DNA of 64,000 nucleotides. It comes from Paramoeba atlantica (lineage: Eukaryota > Protista > Discosea). The notes under the pieces are model-generated. The model searched no databases and was not told the DNA's origin. It saw only the letters and a program-made list of their open reading frames with translations. Shown piece after piece: positions 31,273-42,526 of this stretch. Location of the stretch: assembly GCA_977017575.1 (NCBI GenBank), contig CDRNVI010000014.1, forward strand, positions 1 through 64,000. Direction: 5' to 3'. Position 1 is the first letter of the stretch; each line of letters begins with the position of its first letter. Made by a program: the position numbers and the translations under genes.

Positions 31273-32421
31273 CCGTTAAGGCTCTGAGAGAGAACTTCAT
31301 AGTGTATCAACACCGCAACGACAAAAATTGGATGCAGGAGAACGTTCTTTCCTTGGTACATATGAAATGAAGCTTTTGGCCCAAAAGATCGGTGAGAATA
31401 TCTGTGTGTGTGTGTGGGTGCATCCGGGAGGACAGCGCACGAGCACGAATTGCCCAGATAAGGATTCTATTGTCATTTTGTGCCGTATGGTATCGCGATG
31501 CTTCATTTTTTTTTGACTCAGGGGTATTACCATCTTCAGTATCGGATGACGAAAATAATTCAGGCGTGCTAGGTGTCTGCTCTATTCGTCGTTGACGATC
31601 CATGAGTACAGATAAGTTTAGGTAAGAAGAGATTAGTTAGTGCGATCAAACACAAGAGTAATATGATTATTGACTTCTTACTTAGCCTTAAAACACTTCA
31701 CCATAAGGTCCGAAACAAAGATGCACGTTTATTTCCCGATGAAAAGATTCAACAAACAGATATATACATGTATATGTAGCTTTCTAAGACGACCCGTCAG
31801 TGCGGGTCGGTGCGGGTAACTGGATCGCAGACCCGGGTAATTACCCATTTACCCGGCAGGGGTATGTTCTTAGTGCCGCTGAATAGAAACAGGTGGCAAA
31901 AACTCGTTTTGTGCGCGTTTTCACCATATGTGACGCGGAACAGAAGAACGCAACGACCGACTGAAGTGCGCAGGGGAGGTCGTTAACGGGAAGTTGAAAA
32001 GGGGAATGTGTGCAGGCCATCCACTGCGCCGTCTATTTGAAGATATCAAGTTGTATTGTGCCGAAGTAGTTGTTGAATAAAGCAGTACATTGAATTAGTG
32101 ATGAGAAGAGAAAAAAGTAAGGTTTCTTGACATGTTTTTAGATATTTTGTTTTTGACGCAAAACCGGTTCCCTTTAACCGAAAGCTTTTTCTTTTTTAAA
32201 ACTTTTTTGCTCGGTGTTGGGGGTAAAATATTCTTTGGGCCGTTTTTTTCAAAAACAAATAATGATTCCCTTACAAAAATCATGTATATTCGGCTAGAGC
32301 TACGACTTTTCTTAATTTCAAGAACCTAATTTCAACGATCAGAAGTGACTCGTCTTATGAAGCTACGGAGTACAGCTCTTTTGACTCTCCTTCCTCCTCC
32401 TCCACCTCTTCTTCTTCTTCT

Positions 32422-33697
32422 GTGTGCGAATATGGAACAGATGAAGATTGGAAAAGGGGAGGTCGGCCTAAAACAATACGCCATCAAAGAAGAAAACTTT
32501 TGAAACGGTTCAAGCGTCGAAAAGGTGCTCTCTCGGAATCAGATTTATACCTATTAAAAGGTGTTTACGAAACAGGAATTTTCTCTCAGGATGATCTTTG
32601 TTATACATGTTTGTATGTTTTCTATCTCAAGTGGAGCATGCTCACGTTTACTGAGCTGTGAATCGCATGTAGACCAACGCTTGATTCAGATGAAAACAAT
32701 GAGGACATCGCTTTTCACATGGGAGCACTTCGACCATGTGAAATATTTTTTTTCCACAGTTATTGCAAGTCTTCCTTATCGTTCAGTAACAGTAATTCGT
32801 CGAGCTCTCGAGAAGCCTACTGAAGGGCGTATTTCTAACAACCGAGTTCGCGATATTTTGTATTACTTCAATTATTCCCACTCAACAAAGGAAAATACCC
32901 TTCAACTAACGACCAGAAAGCGGGAGGCACGAGTTCACTTTAGCAAATTACTACTGGAAGAAAATATAGCCTTGTATGAAATTCTATTCTCAAACATTGT
33001 TTTCTCCGACGAGACTTATTTCCAAGAGGGTGACACGTCACGAAAAAGTTGGCAGAGCCCCACAGATCGCGTTCCAATGAGTCGAACGCATCACCCAATA
33101 AAGGTTATGCTGTGGGGTGCCATTGATAAGGAAGGCAATATCCTCTATCATTGGTGTGACAATTTTACCGAGTTTTGCACTCGAGCAGCAACTCGATTAT
33201 TGGAACTGGGCGAGAAGAGCGAGATTCCCCCAGACCAATTAAAGCTGGGAAGCCTGTACTATCGAAAATAAATTCTTGATTAAAAGTGGATCCCGTACGC
33301 TTCTCTTCACAAAGATGCAGTATACGTGGATGACGGAGCGCCCGGCCACACAAGCAGAAAGACACGAAAATGGTGGCTGTCGCACGCCGGGCGTGATTTA
33401 GTTTGCGCCGATCTTCCGCATAGAAAAATGCAGAACGGAGAAACGTTTCCAAAGTGGCCACGGTGCAAGGAGAAACTGATCGCCATTACACAATCTACAT
33501 GCAGGGGATGTAAAATAGGGGGGGGGTAAAAAGTTTTATAACTTGATAATGCTAATATCTAATTTGATTATAACATCTGATAATGCGTTTCAGGTGCCAC
33601 GTATCTCTGCGAGAGCTCTCGAATGCGGTGCTACTTTCCAAAATTTGGCAAGTCATAAAAATTTTGACCCCCAATATTTTCGTGCCACCCCCTGTAA
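32422..33697 (+). mobile_element. Defective Tc1/IS630-like element with probable 3' TIR
   Basis: RGGRPK, IVFSDETYF, KVMLWGAI, then in frame YYRK*ILD*KWIP...VDDGAPGHT...WP. Ends with CGTGCCACCCCCTGTA (33682-33697), a Tc1-like terminus plus TA. Confidence 0.8.
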
Positions 33698-34191
33698 TGA
33701 TTACAGTCCATTTTAATGGTGTAAAGTTGTGTAAAAACGTTGTAAGTTAAATTATGATTTAGCAGATTTTTTCGAATTGAAAAAAGAAAAATGTAGTTTT
33801 TTGCGCAATTTAGGTATACTTCCTCCAAGTTTTTTGTGCCAGTTTTGGCTCATTTATATTGCATTCGAGAGATCCCGTTCCAGGAGGAAAGTACTCTGCC
33901 GTTGTCTTTTCCTTTCGGTTATAGCGTTTAGCATAAAAATTACAAGTTCGCAATTAGTCCTACTCCCAATCCCCACTCCTGCGCATGACCCTACGATCCT
34001 GAGAATCACTAATCTGTCAATTAGGAGATTGGAGATCGAAATCACGCGCTTTGCGCGAAGTATCTTGCCTAAATAATTACATACAGTTTCTCAGAGCGAT
34101 TGACATAGGTGCGGAAATTTACCCAATCGCATTGGACCGAAGAAGCATAATGTCTCATAAAAAAGTACTTCTATGCCTCGTGGATAGACGT

Positions 34192-36297
34192 TCACCCCTG
34201 GTCTTCCAAATCGGGGGGTACCCATCTGTTAGCTTTTGTGTCGAAGAACATTTGGCTTTTCGGATCAAAGAACCGAGTCAGTTCGCTGTCATAGTAAAGT
34301 TGCCGTAGTGAAGACCAGTACATTTCAAATTCAGGGTCCCATACCCATTCTGAGGACACAAGAGCCTCAGAAGGAGAAGGCCCAATTTCCGAAACGGAAA
34401 AACTCTGCTCGCGTGTCTCTCCAGCTTGTGTGTTCGATGGAACACATAACGGTGGAACATTCGAATGTTTTATTTCATTGCTTAACGAATGAAACTGAGA
34501 AATGTGCGTCTTTTTCAAACCTTCAGCACTGCCGTCCTCCCCCGAAACACGTAGCAAAGGTACAGCGGGATCACGAACTGAAGCGGATGATGCGATAGGA
34601 TGACTTTGCGCGGCATATCGACCGACGGTTTGATTAGAACGAAGTTGTCCAGTTGGAACGCTGTTAACGAAGGAGGCAGACTTTCTTTGCATCTCCAAGG
34701 CATCTACCACCAACGTCGGCGAGCTACGGTTGTTTACCATCGACCTTTGCTTTCCTAACGCATGAGGAGAGAACAGTTTAGCGTGGGATTCCATCCCTTG
34801 TTGCAATGCCGTCTCGGACGCTACTTTCGTCAACCCCGACAGCACCCCAGAGCCCCCAAACCCCCCTCCTTCCTGCATCTCCCCCCTACACGATTCATCC
34901 TCCCCACGTGGTCTCCACGGCAACAACCCCCCTTTTCCATTTTTCACTCCCTCCCTCGTTTCCTCCCCCACCTTTTCCAACCCCTCCATGCCTCCTCCCC
35001 CCACCAAGGGGGCAAAATCTTGCGCCCTTTTTTTCCTTCTTCCCTTCCCCTCCCCCCCCAGTGCCGCCTTACTCACCCAGGCGACCACGGCCACCTGGAG
35101 CAGGCCGAGCACCGTCGCGGCCGCGGCCAGGGCCAGGGAGTAGCCATAGGCGCTGGTACACCCCAGCGCAGCCGCTGCCTTGCCCACACAGAACCCCACG
35201 CCGCGGTTCACCCAGACCTCATAGGTGCATAGAAAGTAAACGAGTAAACCCACCTGGGCGCTAAACCCCAGGAGAGGGCAAAAAAGAGAAAAAAGCCATA
35301 AGGCCCGAGAGGGGCGCAGGCACCCGAGGCGCAGCACAAGCAGGAGAAGGGAGAGCAGGAGAGCCGCGGTGGAGAGCAGCGCGAGGGATTGGATCCAGGA
35401 GACGCGGGAGGCGTAGGAGGAGGCGGGGGAGGAGAGATAAGAATCCGAAAACGAATCCGAAAATGAATCCGAAGAAGAATCGGAAAAGAGAACTCCATTT
35501 TCATTGTCTTCTTCTTTTTCTTTTTGTCGTTTTTCTTCTCTTTCTCCTTCTCCTTCTTCTTCTTTTCTTGTTGTTTTTATCCTTTCTTGTGCAGTGAAAG
35601 AGTTTTTCAGATTTTCTTTCACCGAAAGGGTGAGAGGTAATAAAGAGGCTTTGGTTTGACTCGTCGTCGTCGTGGCCTGGGGTGCGGTACTGTAAATCGG
35701 ATGGGTAGAGCTCAGGGGCTCGCAGGTGTTGTCGGGGCCACACACCACCCATAGCCCGTAGTGGACGGTGAAACGGGAAAGGGGGGTGGGGGTTCGGGGA
35801 TTTCTTGTTTTTGTGAATGCCTCCATGGGATGGGAGAATGGAGGGACAGAGGAAGAAGGAGCAGCGGGGTTGTGGAGTTGTGCGGTGTCGGGTAGACCAC
35901 TGTGGATAAAATGATCTTTCGAGGGCGTCTTTGTAGCCAACTGCCACTCGCGGTTGTTTTTTATTCCCCCAAGAGGTTTCCAAAAAGAAGTGTGTGGCCG
36001 AGAGGAGGGAATTGTATACACTACCATGGAAGACACATTGGCGTTGGAGCCCGGAAAAGAGAATTCGAAACTCCACCAGTCGTGCGTTATTAAGGCTAGA
36101 CTCCACAGTGTAGTGGTGAGTAGGACGAGTGCAAGTTGCCAACTGAGCACCCAGCCAACGGAAGAGACCTCAACGGGGGCGCGAATGGATTTACGAGATG
36201 TGACGGGGCGCGTGGGGGTGTAAGGCTCATCGTGTGATCCTGGGGGATAAGGGAAGTTCCCGGGTGGGAGAGAAAAAGTCGACTTTGTTTCGCCCAT
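34192..36297 (-). CDS. Four-TM claudin/PMP22/amastin-like protein with C-terminal OCRE-like aromatic octamer repeats (~701 aa)
   Basis: TM1 followed by HDWW, YGLWVVCGPDNTC (W..GLW..C..C signature), three further TM helices, and the tail WDPEFEMY-WSSLRQLY-YDSELTRF-FDPKSQMF-FDTKANRW. ATG 36297 preferred over 36414. Confidence 0.75.
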   Translation of the reverse strand: MGETKSTFSLPPGNFPYPPGSHDEPYTPTRPVTSRKSIRAPVEVSSVGWVLSWQLALVLLTTTLWSLALITHDWWSFEFSFPGSNANVSSMVVYTIPSSRPHTSFWKPLGGIKNNREWQLATKTPSKDHFIHSGLPDTAQLHNPAAPSSSVPPFSHPMEAFTKTRNPRTPTPLSRFTVHYGLWVVCGPDNTCEPLSSTHPIYSTAPQATTTTSQTKASLLPLTLSVKENLKNSFTAQERIKTTRKEEEGEGEREEKRQKEKEEDNENGVLFSDSSSDSFSDSFSDSYLSSPASSYASRVSWIQSLALLSTAALLLSLLLLVLRLGCLRPSRALWLFSLFCPLLGFSAQVGLLVYFLCTYEVWVNRGVGFCVGKAAAALGCTSAYGYSLALAAAATVLGLLQVAVVAWVSKAALGGEGKGRRKKRAQDFAPLVGGGGMEGLEKVGEETREGVKNGKGGLLPWRPRGEDESCRGEMQEGGGFGGSGVLSGLTKVASETALQQGMESHAKLFSPHALGKQRSMVNNRSSPTLVVDALEMQRKSASFVNSVPTGQLRSNQTVGRYAAQSHPIASSASVRDPAVPLLRVSGEDGSAEGLKKTHISQFHSLSNEIKHSNVPPLCVPSNTQAGETREQSFSVSEIGPSPSEALVSSEWVWDPEFEMYWSSLRQLYYDSELTRFFDPKSQMFFDTKANRWVPPDLEDQG

Positions 36298-36725
36298 AAA
36301 AAATGTACGACAAATTAGACCTCCAAAAGCTTTATTTTTACAAAAAAAAATAGTGAACCCCAATTGTGACCCCTTTAATATGCACCCCCTCATACCTCCT
36401 TTTAATAAGCACAAATTTGAAGATAGAACATGTTAGTAATGTTTCCCCCCCAACCCTGGCCGAGCTAACGAACGCTGCGGTTCGTGAAGTGAGGCCTATA
36501 CGTAACATTGAATGTTTTTTTTACTGATACTGGAAACAAACATTGCACTCTCCTGTACCGCCCCTTCTTTTTCACCCCACTGACACAGCAACACCGTTTT
36601 TGCCGTGTCACACATCACATCTTCTGTTCACCCCCTTTCCGAACCCACCACCCCAACTTCGTTCTGCATTGAAACCTTCTCATCGAAAGCTTCTCTTCCT
36701 TAGAAATTTGTCTTACAAAACCGAT

Positions 36726-39700
36726 TTACCCCCCAAACCCGCTACGGTACCCCCGCAACACATTTTCAATCTCCCCCACGGAGGACTGCAACAGTGTCGC
36801 AATCTCCCGTCGTGAGGGCTGCGAGAGGCTCCCCCACACCGCCTCCACAAAGTCCCCGTCCACGATCCCTTTCCGTGGGAGGTAGTAGGAGCGGTAGGCG
36901 TTGTGGTCGGTGCCCCCTAGGCTGTAGTCCCGGGGGTTGGGCTCCCAGAACCCCCGGCTGAGTTGCGTCGCCCGGGGAGGGCGACGACCACCCGCGAGAC
37001 CCAGCCCGTACTGCGGGAGTCGAGGGGTCGTCGCGCTCTCGGGCTCAAACCCCGTCGCACCCCCCTCTGCGGTGTAGTCAAAAGGGTTTCGAGGGAGCTG
37101 CCCGTGGGTGTGGAGGGCATTCTCCAGCCGCGTAAGCAGCGTGGCCTCCACATCGGTGAGCAAAGGCTGTACCGTGCCAATGGCCCCCCCTAGCGTGGTA
37201 TACACCAACGCAGGGGAGGGGGAAGAAAGGGAAGGGACAGAAGCAGAACCAGAAGAACCCGAAACTGGGGTTGTTCCACTGGATAGCCCCGTCGTAGAGG
37301 AACCTGCTCGTTCCCCGGGCTGAGGGATGTCCCCCCTGATTCCCCCTTCTCCCAGGGAGGACAGTGTCGACAGGGAGGTCACCACATCCCCAACATACCA
37401 CTGTGTCAACACCTCCACCTGTTGGGGTCGGGTGCGGGTGGATTGCTGCAGCAGGGCTGCCGCGAGCTCAGGGGTTGTGGTTTTATTCATGACCCCTGTG
37501 GAGGAAGAAGACGAGGAGAGGGCGGAGTCCGCAACCCTCACTGCGGTCTCACTCCCGCGTGCGATACTCTCCTCGCTGACATCCTCCCGCACGTGTCGTG
37601 GCACGCGCAGGGTGGTGAGGCCCCCGTAGCGGTCCGCGACCGCAACCGTGTGGTAATCCAGCACGGTGAGCGCGGTGATGGCCCGGGGGAGGGTGTCCTC
37701 GGCGAATACCGACAACAGATTCGCCGAGGGGGTGTAGTGCACGAAGAACACACTCTCGGCGGCATCCGCCACGAACACCCGACGGGAGAGGGAGGCGACC
37801 CGGGTGACGCGGGTGGGGAAACCCCGGCGCTCACATTTCAACAGCATTTTACGCTTGCCCAGGGCGTAGAGCTGGAGTGTGGTGTGAACCCCGACCAGGA
37901 GTTTCCCCACACGGGGGCCAAACTCGCACAGGGTGAAGGGAATCCCCGGCAGGGGGGTTTTGTGCGCCAGGCGGAGCGTGGGGGCGGTAGGGGAGGACGA
38001 GGAGGATGGCGAGGGCCCAGCGCTCGCGGGGGTTCCCGTACCCAATGCGGGGGGTACGATTTCAAATACTAACAGGGTCCCGGGCATTGTGTCACGTCCG
38101 GAGTCGGTTGCCCCATTTCCGGCACTGCTCGCACTCGAGGTGACACCGAGAGGTTCGGAAAACAGAGCACTCGCGGAGGCAGCGCCTACCACTACGTAGT
38201 CCGTTTCCCCAGAGGAGAAGCAACAAAGACTCACCGCCGCCAAGTCGCCGTCAAGCTCCATCAAATCCACCGTCACGGGGGGAATTTCCGAGATCGTCCC
38301 GTGACGTCGGGAATCTGTGCCAAAATTTGGAGAACCGGAATCGGGAATTAACCCTTGCAACGCCACGGCATTTCCCGCTTCAACATTTTGCGCGGCCAAG
38401 TCGTGCGGCAACGATGAGAGATTTGCCCCGGCACGAGTGAGTGACCCCAGGGAGTGGACATCCACCAGACGGAGATACGACACACATTGCCGAGCGCTGC
38501 CACGGAACCCGACGCCGTATTCCCGATTCTCCTCGAGCGCAAGACTCGCGGAGGGGTTGCTGCTGCTGTTGCTCATCATTTCATTCTCGGATTCCCCGGT
38601 CGCCACACGCTGTTGTGCGACCCCGGCTCGGTATTTTTGCCTCTCTTCGGTATTTAGTGTGTGCGGATCGGTTTCAATCACCGCAGCGTAACGACACTGC
38701 TGGGGGAGAAGAACGAGCTGCCGGGGGGTAGCGCCCAGAGGGAGTTTAGGGGTCAACAAAGGGGTATGCAAGGGAGAGGATGCGAAAGAAGAACGAAAAC
38801 TACCGGGGGAGGATAGACGGGTTGTCTCCCATAATGTAGTGAGCTCACGGAGTTGTAACGCCCCGGTTCGGGAGACCGTTAAAAGGCGCAGCGTGTGGGC
38901 ATTGGGGTCCGCCTCCCATGCACAGCTCTCGATGACGGGCTCATGCAGTACGGTGTGAAATTGTGTCGGGTCGCCGTAATATTTGGGAATCCCATCAACT
39001 GGAGGTGCAGTGGCACTCGCGGATAAGCTTTCTTGTTTCTCCATTAAATAGACCCCTGTCAGACGAAGGCCACTCTCAGATTGTAACGCAATGGCGAAAA
39101 ATTGATGTACCAGGCCCACAGGAGAGGGAGAAGCGGAGTCGATTATCGGGGTGGTCTGGGAGGTACATCGCCAAAACAATTTCTTCACTCTCACAGGGCC
39201 GGTTTCGGACACGACACGTACAATCGGAGCGTGAAAGGTAACGCTGTGTCGAATTGCGAGGGATAAATGAACCGATGAAGTGCTCTCTTGAAGAGGTTGA
39301 ATCCCCAGTTCGCGTACCTCCACGGTTCCGTTATGCAGCCCAAGATACAGAAACAACCGAGTGGGGGAAGAATCGCTCGTTGCCAGCTCTGCCGCGTCGC
39401 TACTCTCCGAGATCTCTACCTCCCCTACCGGCTGCCACGCCAGCACGACGCTAGCAATCTCAACCGCACATTGAAGCGTGGCACGCACCTCCAGCCCCCG
39501 CGCTGTCGAGGACTGGCGCATATTTCGAGGCAGTGGAATTTCAACCACCCATAACTCCCGTCGATCTGTAGCGACGGCCATAAACGAGAACGGCTTACGT
39601 TGACCAATACTAGACGGGGAAGAAGACCCCGTTACCTCCGCACTCACCATCTCCGGGGAGTGTATCACATCCAGCCCGCGCACACTCCCGCTGAGCTCCA

Positions 39701-42011
39701 ATCGGTTGGCATTTCGCAGCACCCCGGCCTCATCTAACGCAAAATACTCCACCACGGGACCTAAGCCCGTGACGAGTTGAAAATGCGTAGAGGCGGCATG
39801 GGAAATCAAACCTTTTGAATCGACAGGATCCGATGAATCCGAACTTGAATACGAACCCATTGAGGGATTTGAACCCTCCGGGGCGCCATGAATCGCCGAG
39901 GGCCTCCAGTGCCTCACATGTCCCCCGGGGAGGTGGTGACGGACCAGGTTGGGGTGAACCCGGACTTGGGAGCCGTCCGCGAGATAGGCCATAAAAACCA
40001 CAGCGGCCGTGTTGTTGCTCTCCCCCCCATCATGGGGAGAGGGGAGAGCGTGTAGCCGAGCGGCCACAGGATTTGTGTTGTCCTTCATGGAAGAAAAAGA
40101 AAATAAAGTAAAGGGGTGGGTAGCGTTGGGGTAGCGCAGCAACACGCACGGGGGAGCCGAGAGGGGGGAGAAAAATTCGTTGAGGGCAGCAGAACGCTCC
40201 GAGGTGGTGATAAGGGAGAGGGGAAGGGTATTGGCGGGGTGGTGAGTGCCATAGGGGTACTCATGGGGTGGGGGGAAGGACTCAAAGGAGGTGAGGGGGA
40301 GGTGGAGAAGGAGCCGGGAGGGGGCCGAGCCCGGGGTGAAGGCGTGCGCGGCCGCTTGTAGTCCTCGTCCACCCCAGCCCAGAAGGGTGAGCTCGCGCCC
40401 GGATCGCACTTCTGGGGGGTTAAGACCCACACACCCAAGGAGAGGACTCGTGTTGGAAAGCTCTTCGCACAGACGTAGGTTCCTCAGGGAGTGGGGAGCG
40501 AACACGGGAAGGTTCTGAATCCCGCCGCGGTTCGCACCTCCCTCTTCTGCTTTTTCGCGCACCACGAGGTGCCCGAGCAAATACCGATCATGGTCAATCC
40601 CAAGAGATTGAAACTGGTACAACCGGTGGTTGGCGACCTCCCCCAAGGCGACCAAACCCCCACGTCGGGTAATATAAAGATACGTCGCCAGCGGAATCGT
40701 GTCAAAGTACCGCACATGGAGTGCCGTCACCACACCGCCCGACCCCCCGTCCCCCTCCCCTGCGGGGACCGACGGAGGGTGCGACACCGTCAGCGTGACC
40801 TTGTACAAATCCCCATACTCACTTTGGAGCAAATAAAAGAACCCCTCCCGGGTTCGCATCAACGCCCCGGCACACACCATCACGGTGTGCTCCACCGGGA
40901 GCGTGTGGCGCCGAGGCAACGCGGCATGGAGACTCCGGCCGGTGGTGACCTCCACATACCGCAGGTGGTTGGGGGAACACACCAGCACCCCCCCGGGGCA
41001 CCCCGTGTGGGGGGGACGGTGCCCCGGGGTGGGCGCCACCCGCAGTGGGGTATAGGGCACCGGGAACAGCAAATGGGAGCCCGGCTCCACCCGCGTGACC
41101 TCACGTACCGTGACCACCGCACAGCTGCGGTCGTAGATGTACACCACGAGATGGGGGGGAGAGGTTTTAGACCCCGCGTCCCCGTGGGGGAGAGACGCCC
41201 TCTCCAGCCCCGCGTACACACACTGCTGGGCGTCCGTCTCGTGCTCGAGCGGGACATAGGCCAGTGTGAGTGTACCCGGGGAGCGCGGTAGGCTCTCGAT
41301 CGGGGAACCGAGTGTGAGAGAACGCGCGGATTTCGGGGTTCCCTCGAAATCGGAGGAAAACGCCCCGTGCTCCGTCCCCCGCTCACGGGGGTCATGCTCG
41401 GATGACAGCGTGGAGATTTGGGTGGGGAAAAATAACTTGGTGCCGTCGAGAGCCGCAAGGGACACACAGCCGCCTCGGGCGTCCACCCCGACATACCTCC
41501 CGGGGGTATCTCGACGTAGCCCGGCGGGTCCGAAATTAAGACGGTGCAACAAACGAAGCCCCGCGGAGCGTGCGGAGGGATCCCCGAGACAGGGAGGTCG
41601 AAGCGGGAGAAAGGAAACCCCGACGTGATCCTCCCGTCCCGCACCACTACTGTCGTCGGAATAAGGGATGTGCGACTCGGTGTACTCCCACAAGGCAACG
41701 CACCCCCCGTCCATGAGTACAAGGAGCGCATCCTTGGAATTGTTGTGCGCGAGTGGAACCGGCCGAATCGCCAGAGTGTGACCCCATAAATAAGTAGAGC
41801 CAAGGGAGGAAAAGCGAGGCGACACAGGAGTGGAGGCGTCTTTTTGAGGTGTCGGACTTGCAATTTCGTAAAGAGAAAGGTGAGTACCAGTGACCAGCAC
41901 AAATTCGTGGACTCGAGCGCCTCGAAACATTCCCGCACATGCGGCATGTATCGCGGAAGGAGGATGAAGCGTAAGGGAATATCCGATTGTCATGGAAAAG
42001 AGTAACGACAA
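36726..42011 (-). CDS. SF3B3: Splicing factor 3B subunit 3 (SAP130/Rse1), 1761 aa, intron-less
   Basis: N-terminus YSLTLHPPSAI...G.F, GRYVGVDARG, LLQSEYGDLYKV, RYFDTIP, AVADRYG, WYVGDVVTSL, and C-terminus DHNAYRSYYLPRKGIVDGD. Confidence 0.93.
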   Translation of the reverse strand: MSLLFSMTIGYSLTLHPPSAIHAACAGMFRGARVHEFVLVTGTHLSLYEIASPTPQKDASTPVSPRFSSLGSTYLWGHTLAIRPVPLAHNNSKDALLVLMDGGCVALWEYTESHIPYSDDSSGAGREDHVGVSFLPLRPPCLGDPSARSAGLRLLHRLNFGPAGLRRDTPGRYVGVDARGGCVSLAALDGTKLFFPTQISTLSSEHDPRERGTEHGAFSSDFEGTPKSARSLTLGSPIESLPRSPGTLTLAYVPLEHETDAQQCVYAGLERASLPHGDAGSKTSPPHLVVYIYDRSCAVVTVREVTRVEPGSHLLFPVPYTPLRVAPTPGHRPPHTGCPGGVLVCSPNHLRYVEVTTGRSLHAALPRRHTLPVEHTVMVCAGALMRTREGFFYLLQSEYGDLYKVTLTVSHPPSVPAGEGDGGSGGVVTALHVRYFDTIPLATYLYITRRGGLVALGEVANHRLYQFQSLGIDHDRYLLGHLVVREKAEEGGANRGGIQNLPVFAPHSLRNLRLCEELSNTSPLLGCVGLNPPEVRSGRELTLLGWGGRGLQAAAHAFTPGSAPSRLLLHLPLTSFESFPPPHEYPYGTHHPANTLPLSLITTSERSAALNEFFSPLSAPPCVLLRYPNATHPFTLFSFSSMKDNTNPVAARLHALPSPHDGGESNNTAAVVFMAYLADGSQVRVHPNLVRHHLPGGHVRHWRPSAIHGAPEGSNPSMGSYSSSDSSDPVDSKGLISHAASTHFQLVTGLGPVVEYFALDEAGVLRNANRLELSGSVRGLDVIHSPEMVSAEVTGSSSPSSIGQRKPFSFMAVATDRRELWVVEIPLPRNMRQSSTARGLEVRATLQCAVEIASVVLAWQPVGEVEISESSDAAELATSDSSPTRLFLYLGLHNGTVEVRELGIQPLQESTSSVHLSLAIRHSVTFHAPIVRVVSETGPVRVKKLFWRCTSQTTPIIDSASPSPVGLVHQFFAIALQSESGLRLTGVYLMEKQESLSASATAPPVDGIPKYYGDPTQFHTVLHEPVIESCAWEADPNAHTLRLLTVSRTGALQLRELTTLWETTRLSSPGSFRSSFASSPLHTPLLTPKLPLGATPRQLVLLPQQCRYAAVIETDPHTLNTEERQKYRAGVAQQRVATGESENEMMSNSSSNPSASLALEENREYGVGFRGSARQCVSYLRLVDVHSLGSLTRAGANLSSLPHDLAAQNVEAGNAVALQGLIPDSGSPNFGTDSRRHGTISEIPPVTVDLMELDGDLAAVSLCCFSSGETDYVVVGAASASALFSEPLGVTSSASSAGNGATDSGRDTMPGTLLVFEIVPPALGTGTPASAGPSPSSSSSPTAPTLRLAHKTPLPGIPFTLCEFGPRVGKLLVGVHTTLQLYALGKRKMLLKCERRGFPTRVTRVASLSRRVFVADAAESVFFVHYTPSANLLSVFAEDTLPRAITALTVLDYHTVAVADRYGGLTTLRVPRHVREDVSEESIARGSETAVRVADSALSSSSSSTGVMNKTTTPELAAALLQQSTRTRPQQVEVLTQWYVGDVVTSLSTLSSLGEGGIRGDIPQPGERAGSSTTGLSSGTTPVSGSSGSASVPSLSSPSPALVYTTLGGAIGTVQPLLTDVEATLLTRLENALHTHGQLPRNPFDYTAEGGATGFEPESATTPRLPQYGLGLAGGRRPPRATQLSRGFWEPNPRDYSLGGTDHNAYRSYYLPRKGIVDGDFVEAVWGSLSQPSRREIATLLQSSVGEIENVLRGYRSGFGG

Positions 42012-42526
42012 TCGAGAAAAAAAAGCTTGTTCACAGGTACTTGAGGATTTATGGTATGTTGTACATACGGAGCTACGGTATACCTGGTGATATTGTAAAT
42101 GTGGTGTTTGAGGTAGCTATTGTGTAACTCCCTCGACGTACATTCATAGTTTACTCCTCCCATATTTTTAACTTACTGATTGCGGTTGTACATACACGTT
42201 TATACGGAATTGTATATTCCCCCTTTCTTTTGCGTTGTTTTATTCGTGTGAATGAGATCGTTAGTTGTGCATTGTAATTTGAAATCACAATAAACGTTTT
42301 TCACAATAATACGTTTTTCTTTTCAAAAAAAGGTACATTCGACTTGAAAAATTAGGAATTCACAGCCCATAAACCAAGTTGCAAAAAGGCGATGAATTCT
42401 TAACTTGAACTTTCCTGTTTCCAACAAATTAAAAGACTTTCAATGTATAAAAGAATAATGCCCATAGATATCTGCTTTCTACACTCGATAGATGTAATTT
42501 ATCTTTTCAAAAAGAACTGACGAATT

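Noticed and set aside
33269-33283. Stop-codon reassignment (TAA/TAG as Glu or Gln, as in Blastocrithidia or ciliates), suggested by in-frame stops such as YYRK*ILD*KWIP, hAT D*I and RT T*KEE
   Set aside because: In-frame stops occur only in TEs (most with other lesions) and in lysA. The 1697-aa and 1761-aa host ORFs contain none, and host genes end in TGA (helicase), TAA (SF3B3) and TAG (PP2C).
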